From Mustelus asterias (lineage: Eukaryota), in assembly GCF_964213995.1 (NCBI RefSeq), contig NC_135830.1, positions 9,858,001 through 9,922,000 on the forward strand: 64,000 nucleotides of DNA, written 5' to 3'. A program made the position numbers and the translations under genes. Positions 38,561 through 51,229 of this stretch are shown in pieces (the stretch's first letter is position 1; every line of letters starts with the position of its first letter). The notes below the pieces were generated by a model that worked only from the letters and a program-made list of their open reading frames with translations, made no database searches and was not told the origin of the DNA.

Positions 38561-38830
38561 CACTGCCCGCTCCCGACGCTGCCCGCTGTATACTGCAGCC
38601 TACCTTTTATACTTCACGCGCTTAAAAAACCCTTCCCAGACTCCTTTGCTGCCCACTTCTAGTTTTCACTTTAAACTTGAAAAACTGCTGTTAAAGTAAA
38701 GGCCAAAAAAATACACACACTAGCTGACTAATTAAATAAATAAACAATTCAATTAATCCAATTAATCTCTTACCAGCACTGCTGCTTTCAATCACCCCTC
38801 TCAGCTTGCTCCAGTGGATCAATGAGCACA

Positions 38831-38955
38831 ATTGTGACGGCACAATGGAGCCCTGCCTCAATCAGCCAATAGCAATCACTCTGCTCCGCGGTGACATCTC
38901 CAGGTTCAGGCGCGCGGACCCGGGAGCCCCGCCCCCACCCATTGTTCCCCCAGTC
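38831..38955 (+). promoter_or_regulatory. ZNF-6 promoter half (right of the CR1 insertion)
   Basis: Homologous to 188-320; CCAAT ~38866, GC box ~38928. Confidence 0.65.
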
Positions 38956-39041
38956 TGTACATTCCACACATTGTTAGTCCAGTCAGATAGACATCTGGCC
39001 GCCTGCATGGAGATTTCCAGCTCTCTGTGTCCAGGACAGGA

Positions 39042-39423
39042 GTAAGAAGTCTCACAACACCAGGTTAAAGTCCAACAGGTTTATTTGGTAGCAAATACCA
39101 CTCGCTTTCGGAGCGCTGCCCCATCATCAGGTGGAGTGGAGAAATACTCACAAACAGGGCATACAGAGACACAAACTCAATTTACAGAATAATGATTGGA
39201 ATGCAGTCTTTACAGATCATCAAGTCTTAAAGGTACAAACAATGTGAATGGAGGGAGCATTAAGCACAGGTTAAAGAGATGTGTATTGTTTCCAGACAGG
39301 ACAGCCAGTGAGATTCTGCAAGTCCAGACAAGCTGTGGGGGTTACAGATAGTGTGACATGAACCCAAGATCCCGGTTGAGGCTGTCCTCATGTGTGCGGA
39401 ACTTGGCGATCAGTTTCTGCTCA
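39042..39423 (-). mobile_element. Penelope 3' fragment with 12-bp TSD
   Basis: tccaggacagga at 39030-39041 and 39424-39435. Confidence 0.88.
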
Positions 39424-39732
39424 TCCAGGACAGGAAGCAGTGAGCATGGATCTGTCTATAGAACGGGGTAAGGGTTTGCTCTGCAGAGAGCCAGCATTGA
39501 ATCAGTGGTCCGAATGGCCCCATTCCAAGCCCTGATGTCTGGCTGATCTAAAGAGAGAAATTTCAGCTGCTCCAGTCTCTCCAACTAACTGAATTGCCTC
39601 AGCATAGAACCGTGCAGTGCAGAAGAGGCCCTTCAGCCCATCGAATCTGCACCGACACGCAAGAAACGCCTGACTTCCCACCTAATCCCATTTACCAGCA
39701 CCTGGCCCATAGCCTTAACTGTTCTGACTTGC

Positions 39733-41884
39733 TGTGGTAAACCACCGTTAGCTTATTACCTGTACATGTGACATGCCTGGACACATCCCTGCCGGCCCTA
39801 CCTGAGACTCCTCCCCCCCCGGTCCAGGTATAAAGGCGACTGCTCCCCACCCCCCTGCCTCAGTCTCTGGACGGACCAGTTCATCGGCATGAGTGTGCTC
39901 CAAGTCTTTTGCTAATAAAAGCCTATTTGTTCTTGCATACAAACTAGTCTTTGCTCGATTGATGGTGCATCAATTTTATTCGCAAAAGTTTTGGGATGGA
40001 GCTGATACTAAAACCTGACAAACTCGAACTGGACCCTCAAGCTGTCAGAGCCTCTAACAGCTTAGATCACTGGCTGCGCTGTTTCAAAACTTTCCTCACC
40101 TCCTCCTCCGTCGTCCGGACCGACACCGACAAGCTACACGTGCTCCACGCCTGGGTAAGCGATCAAGTATTCTCGATGATTAGAGACGCTGAAACTTACA
40201 AGGATGCGATTGAACTTTTAAAAGGCCAGTACAACAAACAGTCTAATGAAATCTACGCCAGACATCTTCTGGCTACTTGCAGACAACAGCCAGGAGAATC
40301 GGGTGATCAATTCCTGCGTGCGTTGCGAGCATTGGCAGGGCCTGCAACTGCATGACCGTAACAGCCGCCCAAAACACTGAGGACTTAATCAGAGATGCCT
40401 ATGTCACAGGTATCAGGTCAAACTATATCTGACAACGACTGCTGGAACAGGATGGGCTGCACCTACAAAAGATTGTGGCACTTGCCGACTCGTTAGAGGT
40501 GGCCTCCCGTAATCTCGAGGCCCACACCCCCGACCACGGGGGCGCATCGTGCACACCGCAGCCGCCGCCACCTCTGTACTCGGGAGGGCCGCAGGCCTAT
40601 GCCACGCCACGTGCCACCAATGACCCGACCGCTGCGGCAGTCTCCGGAGGCCCGAAGTGCTACTTCTGTGGCCTGGGGAAGCACCCTGACAATGCCGCCC
40701 AGCGAAGGATGCGATCTGCTCCGGGTGTGGAAAGAAGGGCCATTACGTGAAGGTATGCAGAGCAAAATCGACCTCCAAGCCCAGTAGCGCCACGTGTGAC
40801 CCGAGGGGGCCACCATCTTGGGCGCCGGTAGCCGTGTGTGAGCCGTGCGGGCTGCCATCTTGGATGCCATCAGCCGCGTGTGGGCCGCCATCTTGGATGC
40901 CATCGACCGCGTGTGGGCCGCCATCTTGGACGTCATCAGCCGCGTGCGACTACTCGCAAAATCCAACGGTGGCTTCGATTACGCTGGACCAATCCAGGCC
41001 TCACCAACTCGCCAGGTCCATGATGGACATCGAGGTAAACGGTCACATTACAAACTGTTTGTTTGACTGTCGGAGTACGGAGAGCTTTATTCACCCTAAC
41101 ACAGTGAGTCACTATGCCCTTTCAGTTCTGCCAGTGAAGCAAACGATCTCCATGGCTTCAAAGTCCCACTCGGTGGATGTCCTTGGGTACTGCGTGGCGA
41201 CCCTGACTGTACGGGGCACAGTGTACAAAAATTTCAGGCTCTTCGTGCTGCCACAACTCTGCGCTGCCGTACTCCTGGGGCTAGATTTCCTGAGTCACCT
41301 TAAGAGCGTCACCATGGAGTATAATGGGCCTTTCCCCCCGCTCTCCGTTTGCAATCAGCAGTTCTTAGATCGCCCACCGCGTACCACCTGCAGCCTCTTG
41401 ACCCTTAAAGTCGCCCCTCCCTCACTGTTTGAAAATCTCACCCCCGATTGCAAGCCCATCGCCACCAAGAACAGACGGTACAGTGCTGGAGACAGAGCTT
41501 TTATCAGGTCCGAAGTGCAACGGCTCCTAGGGGAGGGGATCATTGAGGCCAGTACCAGCCCCTGGAGAGCCCAAGTAGTAGTTGTTAAAACTGGAGAGAA
41601 ACATCGAATGGTCATTGACTACAGTCAGACTATTAACCGATACAGGCAGCTGGACGCGTACCCCCTTCCCCGCATAGAAATTGATAAATTCTTGATTTCT
41701 CGAGGAATTAAGGGCTATGGGGAGAGAGCGGGTAAATGGAGTTGAAATCAACCATGATTGAATGGTGGAGTGGACTCGATGGGCCGAATGGCCTTACTTC
41801 CGCTCCTATGTCTTATGGTCTTATGGTCTTATATCTGACATGGTTAATCAAATTGCGCAATATCGGGTGTTCTCCACCATCGAT
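39733..41884 (+). mobile_element. 3'-truncated Ty3/Gypsy LTR retrotransposon
   Basis: TG..CA LTR 39733-39972 with TATAAA and AATAAA; frameshifted gag from 39996 with zinc knuckles; protease LFDCRS; RT SPWRAQVVVV..RMVIDY..YPLPRI, resuming as SDMVNQIAQYRVFSTID after a CR1 tail insert (41677-41830, TSD ata). Confidence 0.9.
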
Positions 41885-42364
41885 GTTTTGTGTCTTAGGC
41901 TGCCCTCCAGGGGAAGACTTTGGGAAATGAGAGAGAAAAGAATGCTCCATAGAAATTAGAATTGTCTGTTCTGAATTTCTATGTTGTACTGACACTGATG
42001 ACTTTTGCAAATTCCTTTTGCAGGATATCAGAAGGTGAAGATTTAAAGACGAATATCAAACCAAACTTCACATCAAAATCTAACATAGTCACTCAGTTCA
42101 TTGGGACCTGAATATCATCGACCTTTGAATCTAGAATGGAAATGTTTCTCTGCTCTGTCTGCTTCAGGAGATTTTAAACATCAGTGTGACTGGAAAAGCA
42201 CCGAGACACACACACACTGAAACATGCACACACCTGAGTGACTGTGGAAAGAACTTTAACCAGTTAAACAGCCTGAAAATACATTGCAGCAGAGAGACCG
42301 CACCCATGTTATGTTGTAATTGAACTGATTGTCAAACCTGGAGAGTCACAAGGACACCCGCACC

Positions 42365-42871
42365 ATGGAGAAACTGTGTAAATGTGGGGACTGTGGGAAA
42401 GGATTCAGGTTCCCATCTGCACTGGAAACTCATCGGCGCAGTCACACTGGGGAGAGAACATTCACCTGCTGTGTGTGTGGGAAGGGATTCACTCAGTTAT
42501 CCCATTTACAATTACACCAGGCAGTTCACACCGGGAAGAGGCCATTCACCTGCTCTGTGTGTGGGAAGGGATTCACTCAGTTGCCCAACCTGTTGAGCCA
42601 CAAGGTCACTCACACCCAAGACAGACCCTTTCAATGCTCTGACTGTGGGAGTGGCTTCAAAAGCTCTCGGGAACTGATGGTCCACCAACCCATTCACACT
42701 GACGAGAGACCGTTTAGCTGCTCTCACTGCTCAAAGAGGTTTAGGAGGTCATCCACACGGCGGAGACACCAGCGAGTTCACACCGGGGAGAGACCGTTCA
42801 CCTGCTTTGTGTGTGGGAAGGGATTCAATCGGTCATCCAACCTGCAGAGACACCAGCAAGTTCACAAGTGA
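42365..42871 (+). CDS. C2H2 zinc-finger protein ZNF-6, 6 fingers
   Basis: accATGg [23 protein letters not shown]; acceptor at 42023; paralog of ZNF-4. Confidence 0.82.
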   Translation: MEKLCKCGDCGKGFRFPSALETHRRSHTGERTFTCCVCGKGFTQLSHLQLHQAVHTGKRPFTCSVCGKGFTQLPNLLSHKVTHTQDRPFQCSDCGSGFKSSRELMVHQPIHTDERPFSCSHCSKRFRRSSTRRRHQRVHTGERPFTCFVCGKGFNRSSNLQRHQQVHK

Positions 42872-42954
42872 TTACAGGGTTTGGATTCTTTCTCTCTCAA
42901 TCTTTCTCTCTTTCTCTTCCCCCCCCTGCTCTTTCCCCCCCCCCCCCCGCCCAC

Positions 42955-43181
42955 AGGATGGATGAATCTCTGACTCCCTTCCCACACTGTGAGCAGGTGA
43001 CTAGCCTCTCCTCAGCGTGAATTCACTGGTGTCTCAGCAGATTCGATGAATGATTGAATCCCTTCCCACAAGTGCAGCATATGAACGGTCTCTCCCCGGT
43101 GTGACTGCGTCGATGAGATTCTACCTCAGATGGGGCTCTGAATCCCTTCCCACAGTCTCCACATTTCCATGGTTTCTCCAT
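42955..43181 (-). pseudogene. ZNF-7 pseudogene
   Basis: MEKPWKC finger, TGA (43023-43025) before the last His of finger 2, broken third finger, 3' part deleted. Confidence 0.85.
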
Positions 43182-43504
43182 GGTGTCGGAGTCCTTGTGT
43201 CTCTCCACAATCAGTGCACTGGAACACTCTGATACGGGTGTGTGAATCTCAGTGCTTTTCCACTCACACTGATGTTAAAAAGGTTGATGATTTTCACGTC
43301 CTTATGAATCAAGTGACTCTTTTGAGATTTCCATTTTCCAAACCTCTCCTTCCAATATCCACTGAAAGCAGTTTACAAAAATCATCACTGTCAGCACATG
43401 ATAGAAATTCAAAACAGACAATTGTAGTTTCTATGGAACATTCTTTAAATTTCCACCCACGCCCCTCACACATACACTCTCTCTCTCATTCCATTGAGCA
43501 TTCT

Positions 43505-43770
43505 GCAGCACGGTAGCACAGTGGTTAGCACTGCTGCCTCACAGCTCCAGGGACCCGGGTTCGATTTCCGGCTTGGGTCACTGTGTGTGTGGAGTTTGCA
43601 CGTTCTCCCCGTGTCTGCATGAGTTTCCTCCCACATTCTGAAAGACGTGCTGGTTAGGTGCATTGACCCGAACAGGTGCCGGAGTGTGACAACTAGGGGA
43701 ATTTCACACTAACTTCATTGCAGTGTTAATATAAGCCTTACTTGTGACTATTAAATAAACTTTAAACTTT
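43505..43770 (+). mobile_element. HE1-related SINE with alternative tail
   Basis: tRNA head plus ..cttacttgtgacta..aataaacttt tail; same type at 60655-60932 (minus). Confidence 0.8.
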
Positions 43771-44024
43771 AATATACACTACCCAATTCCCCTGAAGGTG
43801 CTCATTAATGCTGATCGACACTCACCATTTCATGTTCCTGACAGATCGTAAGAAATAGTTAGAAATTCAGCCCACCAAGCTGTTCAATTGAATTCTTTTT
43901 ATTCATTTATGGGACATGGATGTCGCTGGCTGGCCAGCATTTATTACCCATCCCTAGTTGCCATTGGAGGGCAGTTGAGAGTCAACCACATTGTTGTGGC
44001 TTTGGAGTCACATGTTGGCCAGAC

Positions 44025-44800
44025 CAAGTGTGAGGTATTGCACTTTGGAAGGACAAACCAAGGTAGAACATACAAGGTAAATGGTCGGCACTGAAGAGTG
44101 CAGTAGAACAGAGGGATCTGGGAATACAGATACATAATTTCCTAAAAGTGGCGCCACAGGTAGATAGGGTCATAAAGAGTGCTTTTGGTACATTGGCCTT
44201 TATAAATCAAAGTATCGAGTATGAGAGTTGGAGTGTCATGGTGAGGTTGTATAAGACATTGGTGAGGCCGAATTTAGAGTATTGTGTGCAGTTTTGGTCA
44301 CCTAATTACAGGAAGGATATTAATAAGGTTGAAAGAGTGCAGAGAAGGTTCACAAGGATGTCGCCGGGACTTGAGAAACTGAGTTACAGAGAAAAGTTGA
44401 ATAGGTTAGGACTTTATTCCCTGGAGCATAGAAGATTGAGGGGAGATTTGATAGAGGTGTATAAGATTTTGATGGGTATAGATAGAGTGAATGCGAGCAG
44501 GCTTTTTCCACTGAGGCTAGGGGAGAAAAAAACCAGAGGGCGTGGGTTAAGGGTGAAAGGAGAAAAGTTTAAAGGGAATATTAGGGGGGGCTTCTTCACG
44601 CAGAGAGTGATGGGAGTCTGGAATGAGCTGCCGGATAAAGTGGTAAGTGCTTTTAACATTTAAGAAAAACTTGGACGGGTTCATGGATGAGAGGGGTGTG
44701 GTCCAAGTGCAGGTCAGTGGGATGAGGCAAAAAAATGGTTCAGCACAGCCAAGAAGGGCCAAAAGGCCTGTTTCTGTGCTTTAATGTTCTATGGTTCTAT
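44025..44800 (+). mobile_element. CR1 3' fragment
   Basis: RPNLEYCVQFWSP..FFTQRV; ttctatgg tail. Confidence 0.9.
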
Positions 44801-45664
44801 GGTCTGAAAACATGTACCAAACGACTCAAGAACAACTTCTTCCGACTGTCATGTTTGAATGGTCATATCATATATTAAGCTGATCTTTCTCTTCACCCTA
44901 CCTGTACCTGCACCCTATCCTTTCCTTCTCCCCATGTACTCCATGAAAGGTATGCTTTGTCTGTATAGCGTGCAAGAAACAATACTTTTCAGTGGATCCC
45001 AATACATTTGACAATAAATCAAATCAAAATTTAATGCACATATTGTGAAGTAGAAATCATGCAGGGCAATTGCCACACTTGAGGGACAGTGCAAGGCTCC
45101 CTCTACACTTTCCCATCAAACACTCCTGAGGTATGTACAACCCATCTAAGGTACAGAGGAAAGTTCTCTCCAAATCATCCTGTGAAAAACTCGCAGGGGA
45201 AGCACTGCCCAAGCTAGGTACAAAGGAAAACTCCCATTATGTGCCAGATCAGTGTCAGAGAGGAGGAACATTTTAGATAAGAAAAACTCCATCTGCATTG
45301 CCCCACCAAACACTCCCAGCCCATAATGAGCTGGGTTCCAGGTTAGTTACCAGGCGATTAAATTATGTCATAAAGCATAATCCAGTTGGTCCTCTCTTTG
45401 ACCTTTTAAAGATGGCGAATTGGGACATCCTGTCCCCAAACAGCGCCAGAGAGTAGGCACAGTTTTCATAAACTCCCTCTACACCGCCCCATCAAACACT
45501 CCTAGCCCAGAATGAGCTGAGCTCAAGGAGGTTAGTGACCAGGCAATGAAATGATGTCTTAAAACATCCCCATTTGGTCTAGCATCTTATTCATACTGGG
45601 AATGTCAGGGTGAAAACTGGAACATTCTGTCTCCAAACACATCCCCTCCTGTTTACACCGGGAA

Positions 45665-46478
45665 TGATGTGGAGATGACAGTGTTGGACTGGGGTAAACA
45701 CAATAAGAAGTCTCACAACACCAGGTTAAAGTCTAACAGGTTTATTTGGTAGCAAAAGCCACTAGCTTTCGGAGAGCTGCTCCTTCGTCAGGTGAATGGG
45801 ATTTCAGTTCACAAACAGGCCATATAAAGACACAAACTCAATTTACAAAATAATGGTTGGAATGCGAGTCTTTACAGGTAATCAAGCCTTAAAGGTACAG
45901 ACAATGCGAGTGGAGGGAGCGTTAAGCGCAGGTTAAAGAGATGTGTATTGTCTCCAACCAGGACAGTTAGTGAGGCTGTCCTCATGTGTGCGGAACTTGG
46001 CTATCAGTCTCTGCGTTCTCCAAGGCGGCCTTCACGACACACGACAACGCAGAGTCGCTGAGCAGAGACTGATAGCCAAGTTCCGCACACGAGGACGGCC
46101 TCAACCGGGATATTGGGTTCATGTCACACTATCTGTAACTCCCATGACTTGCCTGGGCTTGCAAAATCTCACTAACTGTCCTGGCTGGAGACAATACACA
46201 TCTCTTTAACCTGTGCTTAACCCTTTCTCCACTCACATTGTCTGTACCTTTAAAGACTTGATTACCTGTAAAGACTCGTATTCCAACCATTATTTTGTAA
46301 ATTGAGTTTGTGTCTTTATATGCCCTGTTTGTGAACAGAACTCCCACTTACGTGATGAAGGAGCAGTGCTCCGAAACCTAGTGGCTTGTGCTACCAAATA
46401 AACCTGTTGGACTTTAACCTGGTGTTGTGAGACTTCTTACTGTGTTTACCCCAGTCCAACACCGGCATCTCCACATCT
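45665..46478. mobile_element. Fold-back Penelope insertion (two inverted terminal repeats)
   Basis: 45665-~46005 is the reverse complement of ~46060-46478, with a GIY-YIG tail between. Confidence 0.88.
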
Positions 46479-46899
46479 TGGAAATATATCGTCGTTCCTT
46501 CGCAGTCGCTGGGTCAAAATGCTGGAATTTCCTCCCTACCAGCAGGGTGGATGTACCCGCACCACATGGACTGCATTGGGTTCAGGTCCCATACATCACA
46601 AAGGTGGACACTCCTGCGCCCCCTACAAACATGGCGATCGCACCTGCACCCTGTTGCACATTGCCCCTTACAAAGATGCCGGCCGCACATGCGCACTGAT
46701 AGACATTGCCACCGACAGATTGACGGCCGTCAGCCTAGGTCCAACACGACAAGTTGCGCCTCCAATTTGGTACCAACAGGGCGCCCGGAAAGTTATTTAT
46801 CGGGGTTTGAGTTTGAACAACATGTTTACGAAACCTCTCCACCCACCCGCCACATTCATCGCTCTCTGCGCGCCGCCCTTTACCTTGAACTGATCTCGG

Positions 46900-47095
46900 A
46901 TTCGAGTTAAAACCGTCCGTCCGTCGCCATTACCCGCACTGCGCATGCTTCAGACCCCTCCCCTATTCACGCTGGTTGGAGGACCAGCCGCTCCCGCTCG
47001 GTCCTCCAGCTCCGCCCCCTTTCCCTATTGGTCCAGAGCTGCCGTCAATCAGTCCCCGGCATTATGACGTTGGGCATGCGCAGTGCGGCTCATGT
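46900..47095. promoter_or_regulatory. ZNF promoter core copy upstream of ZNF-7
   Basis: Reverse complement of the 9631-9960 module; palindrome at 46978-47007. Confidence 0.78.
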
Positions 47096-47324
47096 CCAGG
47101 GACAGGCGCTTGTTTGTCTGATCAGAGGGTTGGTGCAGACTTGCTGGGCCAAATGGCCTCCTTCTGCACCAGAAGAATTCTATGGAGTATGGAAAGGGAG
47201 GGAAGCAGCAGAGGCAGCTGATTGGATTGTCTCAAACTTAGCAACAAAGAAGATCATGAGTTTCTCCTCCTTGAGCATTTGTGGGAGGTGAAGATGGAGG
47301 AAGAACAAGGGGAGATATTTCAAA

Positions 47325-47575
47325 AGGAGCCAAAAGAGAAAATATTGGAAAATCTCAGCAGGTCTGGCAGCATCTGTAAGGAGAGAAAAGAGCTGACGTT
47401 TCGAGTCCAGATGACCCTTTGTCAAAGCTGGTGTTTTGAGCTTTGACAAAGGGTCATCGAGACTTGAAACATCAGCTCTTTTCTCTCCTTACAGATGCTG
47501 CCAGACCTGCTGAGATTTTCCAGCATTTTCTCTTTTGGTTTCAGATTCCAGCATCCACAGTAATTTGCTTTTATC
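47325..47575. mobile_element. Family-2 Penelope-like terminal repeats in inverted pair
   Basis: 47330-47428 is the reverse complement of 47440-47540. Confidence 0.7.
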
Positions 47576-47779
47576 CATATATTTCAAAAGGAATTCATTT
47601 ATGTTGATGTTATTAAAAAGATTCAGTGCACAGTATTGAACACAAAGCTAATTTATTTGACTTTCATCCAGAATATTAACCCCATAACTGGGTTGGATTT
47701 CATCAACTCCAGCAGAAACAGACCTATTGAACACATTTAAGTCCTGAATGTGATTAACAGTAGAATCCGATCACTATGG

Positions 47780-48370
47780 TTAATTGTGGATTCGTTGGTG
47801 TTTCAGGAGGTTGGATGACTGAGAGAATCCCTTGCCACAATCAGAGCAGGTGAACGGCCTCTCCCCAGTGTGAATTCGCTGATGTACAGTGAGGTTATAT
47901 GATTGTCTGAATCCAGTCCCACAGTGTATGCATCTGAATGGCCTCTCGTCAGTGTGAGCACATTGATGGCGCATCAGTACACCAGATCTTTTAAAGCACT
48001 TCCCACAGTCTGAGCATTTAAAAGGTCTCTCATCAGTGTGAACATGCTGGTGTGTCAGCAGGTAAGATGAAGCAGTGAATCCTTTCCCACATTCGGAGCA
48101 GGTGAATGGTCTCTCCCCAGTGTGAACTCGCTGGTGTGATAGCAGTTTGGATGACTGAGTGAATCCCTTCCCACATTCGGTGCAGGTGAATGGTCTCTTC
48201 CCAGTGTGAATTTGCTGGTGTGTCAGCAAGTGGGAGGACCTAACGAATCCCTTCTCACACTCAGAGCAGGAGAATGGCCTCTCCCCAGTGTGACTACGAC
48301 GATGGATTTCCAGTTTGGATGGGTAACGGAATCCCTTCCCACAGTCCACACATTTCCACGATTTCTCCAT
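47780..48370 (-). CDS. C2H2 zinc-finger protein ZNF-8, 7 fingers
   Basis: [23 protein letters not shown]..; acceptor at 48575; intron end shared with ZNF-11. Confidence 0.88.
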   Translation of the reverse strand: MEKSWKCVDCGKGFRYPSKLEIHRRSHTGERPFSCSECEKGFVRSSHLLTHQQIHTGKRPFTCTECGKGFTQSSKLLSHQRVHTGERPFTCSECGKGFTASSYLLTHQHVHTDERPFKCSDCGKCFKRSGVLMRHQCAHTDERPFRCIHCGTGFRQSYNLTVHQRIHTGERPFTCSDCGKGFSQSSNLLKHQRIHN

Positions 48371-48739
48371 GGAGTGACTGCACTAACGTTTCGACAGGCT
48401 GAAGCCTTGTCCACACGCAGAACACATGTACAGTTTCTCTCCACTGTGAATGGAGCTTTTCAGTTCTGTGTTCAAAATCTGACGATATTCAGGCTAGGAT
48501 GCATTCAGCAGCTGTCAGACTTTGATGCGATGATGAGGTTGTTTCCAGACTGTAACTCCTCCCCTTCCGATACTCTGTGAATAGGATTTCAAACAGAAAA
48601 AAAGGAGTGAGAGAGAACCTACAGAAACAAAAAGGCAGGTTGTGAAATTGAGCTGAATGAACCTGGGAATGGGTGGGACCGGCACAAGGTGAAAGTGACC
48701 CTGGCAGCTGTCGCTCTGTCCACATTGGGTGCACATCAT

Positions 48740-49012
48740 TTCCAACTGGAGCCACCTCCACACTGGATGCACACTTTGCCAGCTATGCCACCTCCGCACT
48801 GGATGCACACATTGCCAGCTGGAGCCTCCTCCGCACTGGATGCACACATTGCCAGCTGGAGCCTCCTCCACACTGGATGCACACATTGCCAGCTGGAGCC
48901 TCCTCCACACTGGATGCACACATTGCCAGCTGGAGCCTCCTCCACACTGGATGCACACATTGCCAGCTGGAGCCTCCTCCACACTGGATGCACACATTGC
49001 CAGCTGGAGCCT
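48740..49012. repeat. 37-bp minisatellite, about 7 copies
   Basis: Unit tgccagctggagcctcctccacactggatgcacacat. Confidence 0.92.
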
Positions 49013-49099
49013 GCAACCTGGGACTGGGAAAAGGGATGAAGGAGAAAAGGTAACAAAGCCCCAGAGGGACTGGGCTCTGAGGCATGAGCATGTTTTACT

Positions 49100-49320
49100 A
49101 AGGCGTTTCCCCGCTCCCCCGGCCCCACAAGACGGTTCCATTTCTTCCCCGGCCCCATTCCTCTCCAGTCGCTTCTCACCCGATGTTGATCGAACCGACC
49201 GACACCCGGACCGCGCATGCTCCAATCACAACATTTTTTCCCCCACGCCTGCGCAGTCTCTCCCTGTAGTGAGGATAGAGCACTTTCTGGCCCGCGGAGG
49301 ATGATGGGTAATCACTCCAC
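49100..49320 (-). promoter_or_regulatory. Putative ZNF-8 promoter / first exon
   Basis: CpG-rich; cgcatgc, gcctgcgcagt and CCAAT at ~49222. Confidence 0.5.
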
Positions 49321-49872
49321 CATTAAAGTGCAATTTTGGTAATTCTGTTTTCTGATCCGTTTGCGATTGCATCCAATGATCCAGATATACAATTATCATT
49401 TTTTCTTCATAAACTGCACTTAATTAGTTCTCTGCCATAGTGCTGTCCTGGATATGCTGGTGGCGTTTGCTACCAAATACACCTGTTGGACTTTAACCTG
49501 GTGTTGTTAGAATCCTTCATCTGGATATGGTCAACAGCAACAGCTACATTAGAAACTATCCCTACTCTATGTGATGAAAGAGCTCATTTTATTTTCTGTA
49601 TTAAACACATATATTAATCAAATTCTGAAGGGAGTAACCAGTCATGAAACAGATGATTGTACAATTGATGAACCTTGATTAAGTTATAGATAATGAATCA
49701 ATAATCATATTGGAAAGACTGGATTTTCATTCAAAACTTGTGAAGTTGAATTATTGCATGTCTCTCTGTTTGCGTGAGAAACAGTAATTTCAGACAAACG
49801 GTTCTAATAATGAAGGATCCCTGATAAAGGTCCTGAGGAATGGTACATTACAATGTTTAGTTTGATCCAATG

Positions 49873-50150
49873 TCATAGAGTCATAGAGGTTTACAGCATG
49901 GAAACAGGTCCTTCGGCCCAACTTGTCCATGCCACCCTTTTTTTTAAAAACCCCTAAACTAATCCCAATTGCCCACATTTGGCCCATATCCCTCTATACC
50001 CATCATGTAGCTATCTAAATGCTTTTTAAAAGCTAAAATTGTACCTGCCTTTACTACTACCTCTGGCAGCTTGTTCCAGACATTCACCACCCTCTGTGTG
50101 AAAAAATTGCCCCTCTGGACACTTTTGTATCTCTCCCCTCTCACCTTAAA
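49873..50150 (-). mobile_element. CR1 3' end (same subfamily as 12360-12640 and 63285-64000)
   Basis: FFTQRVVNVWNKLP; gtcatagagtcatag tail. Confidence 0.88.
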
Positions 50151-51229
50151 TAGTGGATAGCAAAGTATTTGAAAGTCAAGAGATTTTACTCTTTTGTATT
50201 CTTGTCTGATGTCCTGAGGTTGGGTGGCCACTGTGCCTAAGAACTAATTGAATTTACCCGAGCAGCAGCTTGAGGTAATTATTTTAACTGAGGAAAAGGT
50301 TGACTCTGACACAGGGTGCTGGCCACTCAGGGGTGAAAAGTCAGGGCTCCATAATGATTTGTGGCTGGCTGATTAATGAAGACACTCACTCGAGGCAAGA
50401 ATCACATGTACATCTCAGCAAGTGGGACTGTGTCTGAGACAGAGTCTTGAGAGGGGAGCACTGTGATGGATCAACACCTCGATAAAGTTGTAAAAATCAT
50501 TGTCTGATTTGATTTGATTTATTATTGTCATATGTATTAGCATACAGTGAAAAGTATTGTTCTTGTGTGCGATACAGACAAAGAGTACCATACGTAGAGA
50601 AGGAGAGGATGCAGAATGTAGTGTTACAGTCATAAGAGTTAGAATAAAGTTTTAGAAGCATAGAACGAGTCAAAGATAGAATTAGAGGGTATGCTGGGCA
50701 CAACTTGCAAGAAGTTGCCACACTCCAGCACCATCTTGGAAGTTTTCCTGAATTGATATGCAAATCTCTTTCCTTTAATAATAATTTTAATGTTAATTTA
50801 ATGTTGTAAAATTTATTATTCAAAGAATCCTGTCCTGCCTTAATTAAGTCTTGTTTGAACAGACATTTTCTTTTCATGGGGTGTGGGTGTCACTGGCCAG
50901 ACCAGTATTTTTATTGCCTATTCCTAATTGCCCTTGAGGTGGTGGTGAGCTGCCCTTCCTGAACCGCTGCAGTCCCTGTGGTTTGAGGGACACTCGCAGT
51001 GCTGTTAGAGAAGGAATTTACTCAGTCATTCGCAGATTGGGGCGGCTGAGGTTAGTTGTGTTACTGATAAGAAAATCAGAATACAATCAGATAACACAGG
51101 TGGGAAAGACAAAAAATCTACTCTGATGTTTTAATCAAGCTGATTTCACATTTATCCAGAATATTACACTACAGCCCAGTTCGAGGAGTTATTAACATCA
51201 GCAGAAACAAACTCCAACTGTCAGAACTG

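Larger units (their letters stand above)
34331..38830 (-). mobile_element. Full-length CR1 LINE (~4.5 kb)
   Basis: Two intact ORFs, (ttctactg)n 3' tail, 5' UTR tandem repeat, candidate TSD ATTGT at 34326-34330 and 38831-38835. Confidence 0.92.

Noticed and set aside
38114-38699. Repetitive ORFs and CRISPR-like periodicity
   Set aside because: Perfect 51-bp tandem with no unique spacers; it is the CR1 5' UTR in eukaryotic DNA.
45060-45660. Degenerate ctccctctacac..ccatcaaacactcc repeats
   Set aside because: Looks like decayed satellite with a local duplication; no functional signal.
48515-49304. Cys/His-rich ORFs in several frames
   Set aside because: A 37-bp minisatellite cycling through frames.
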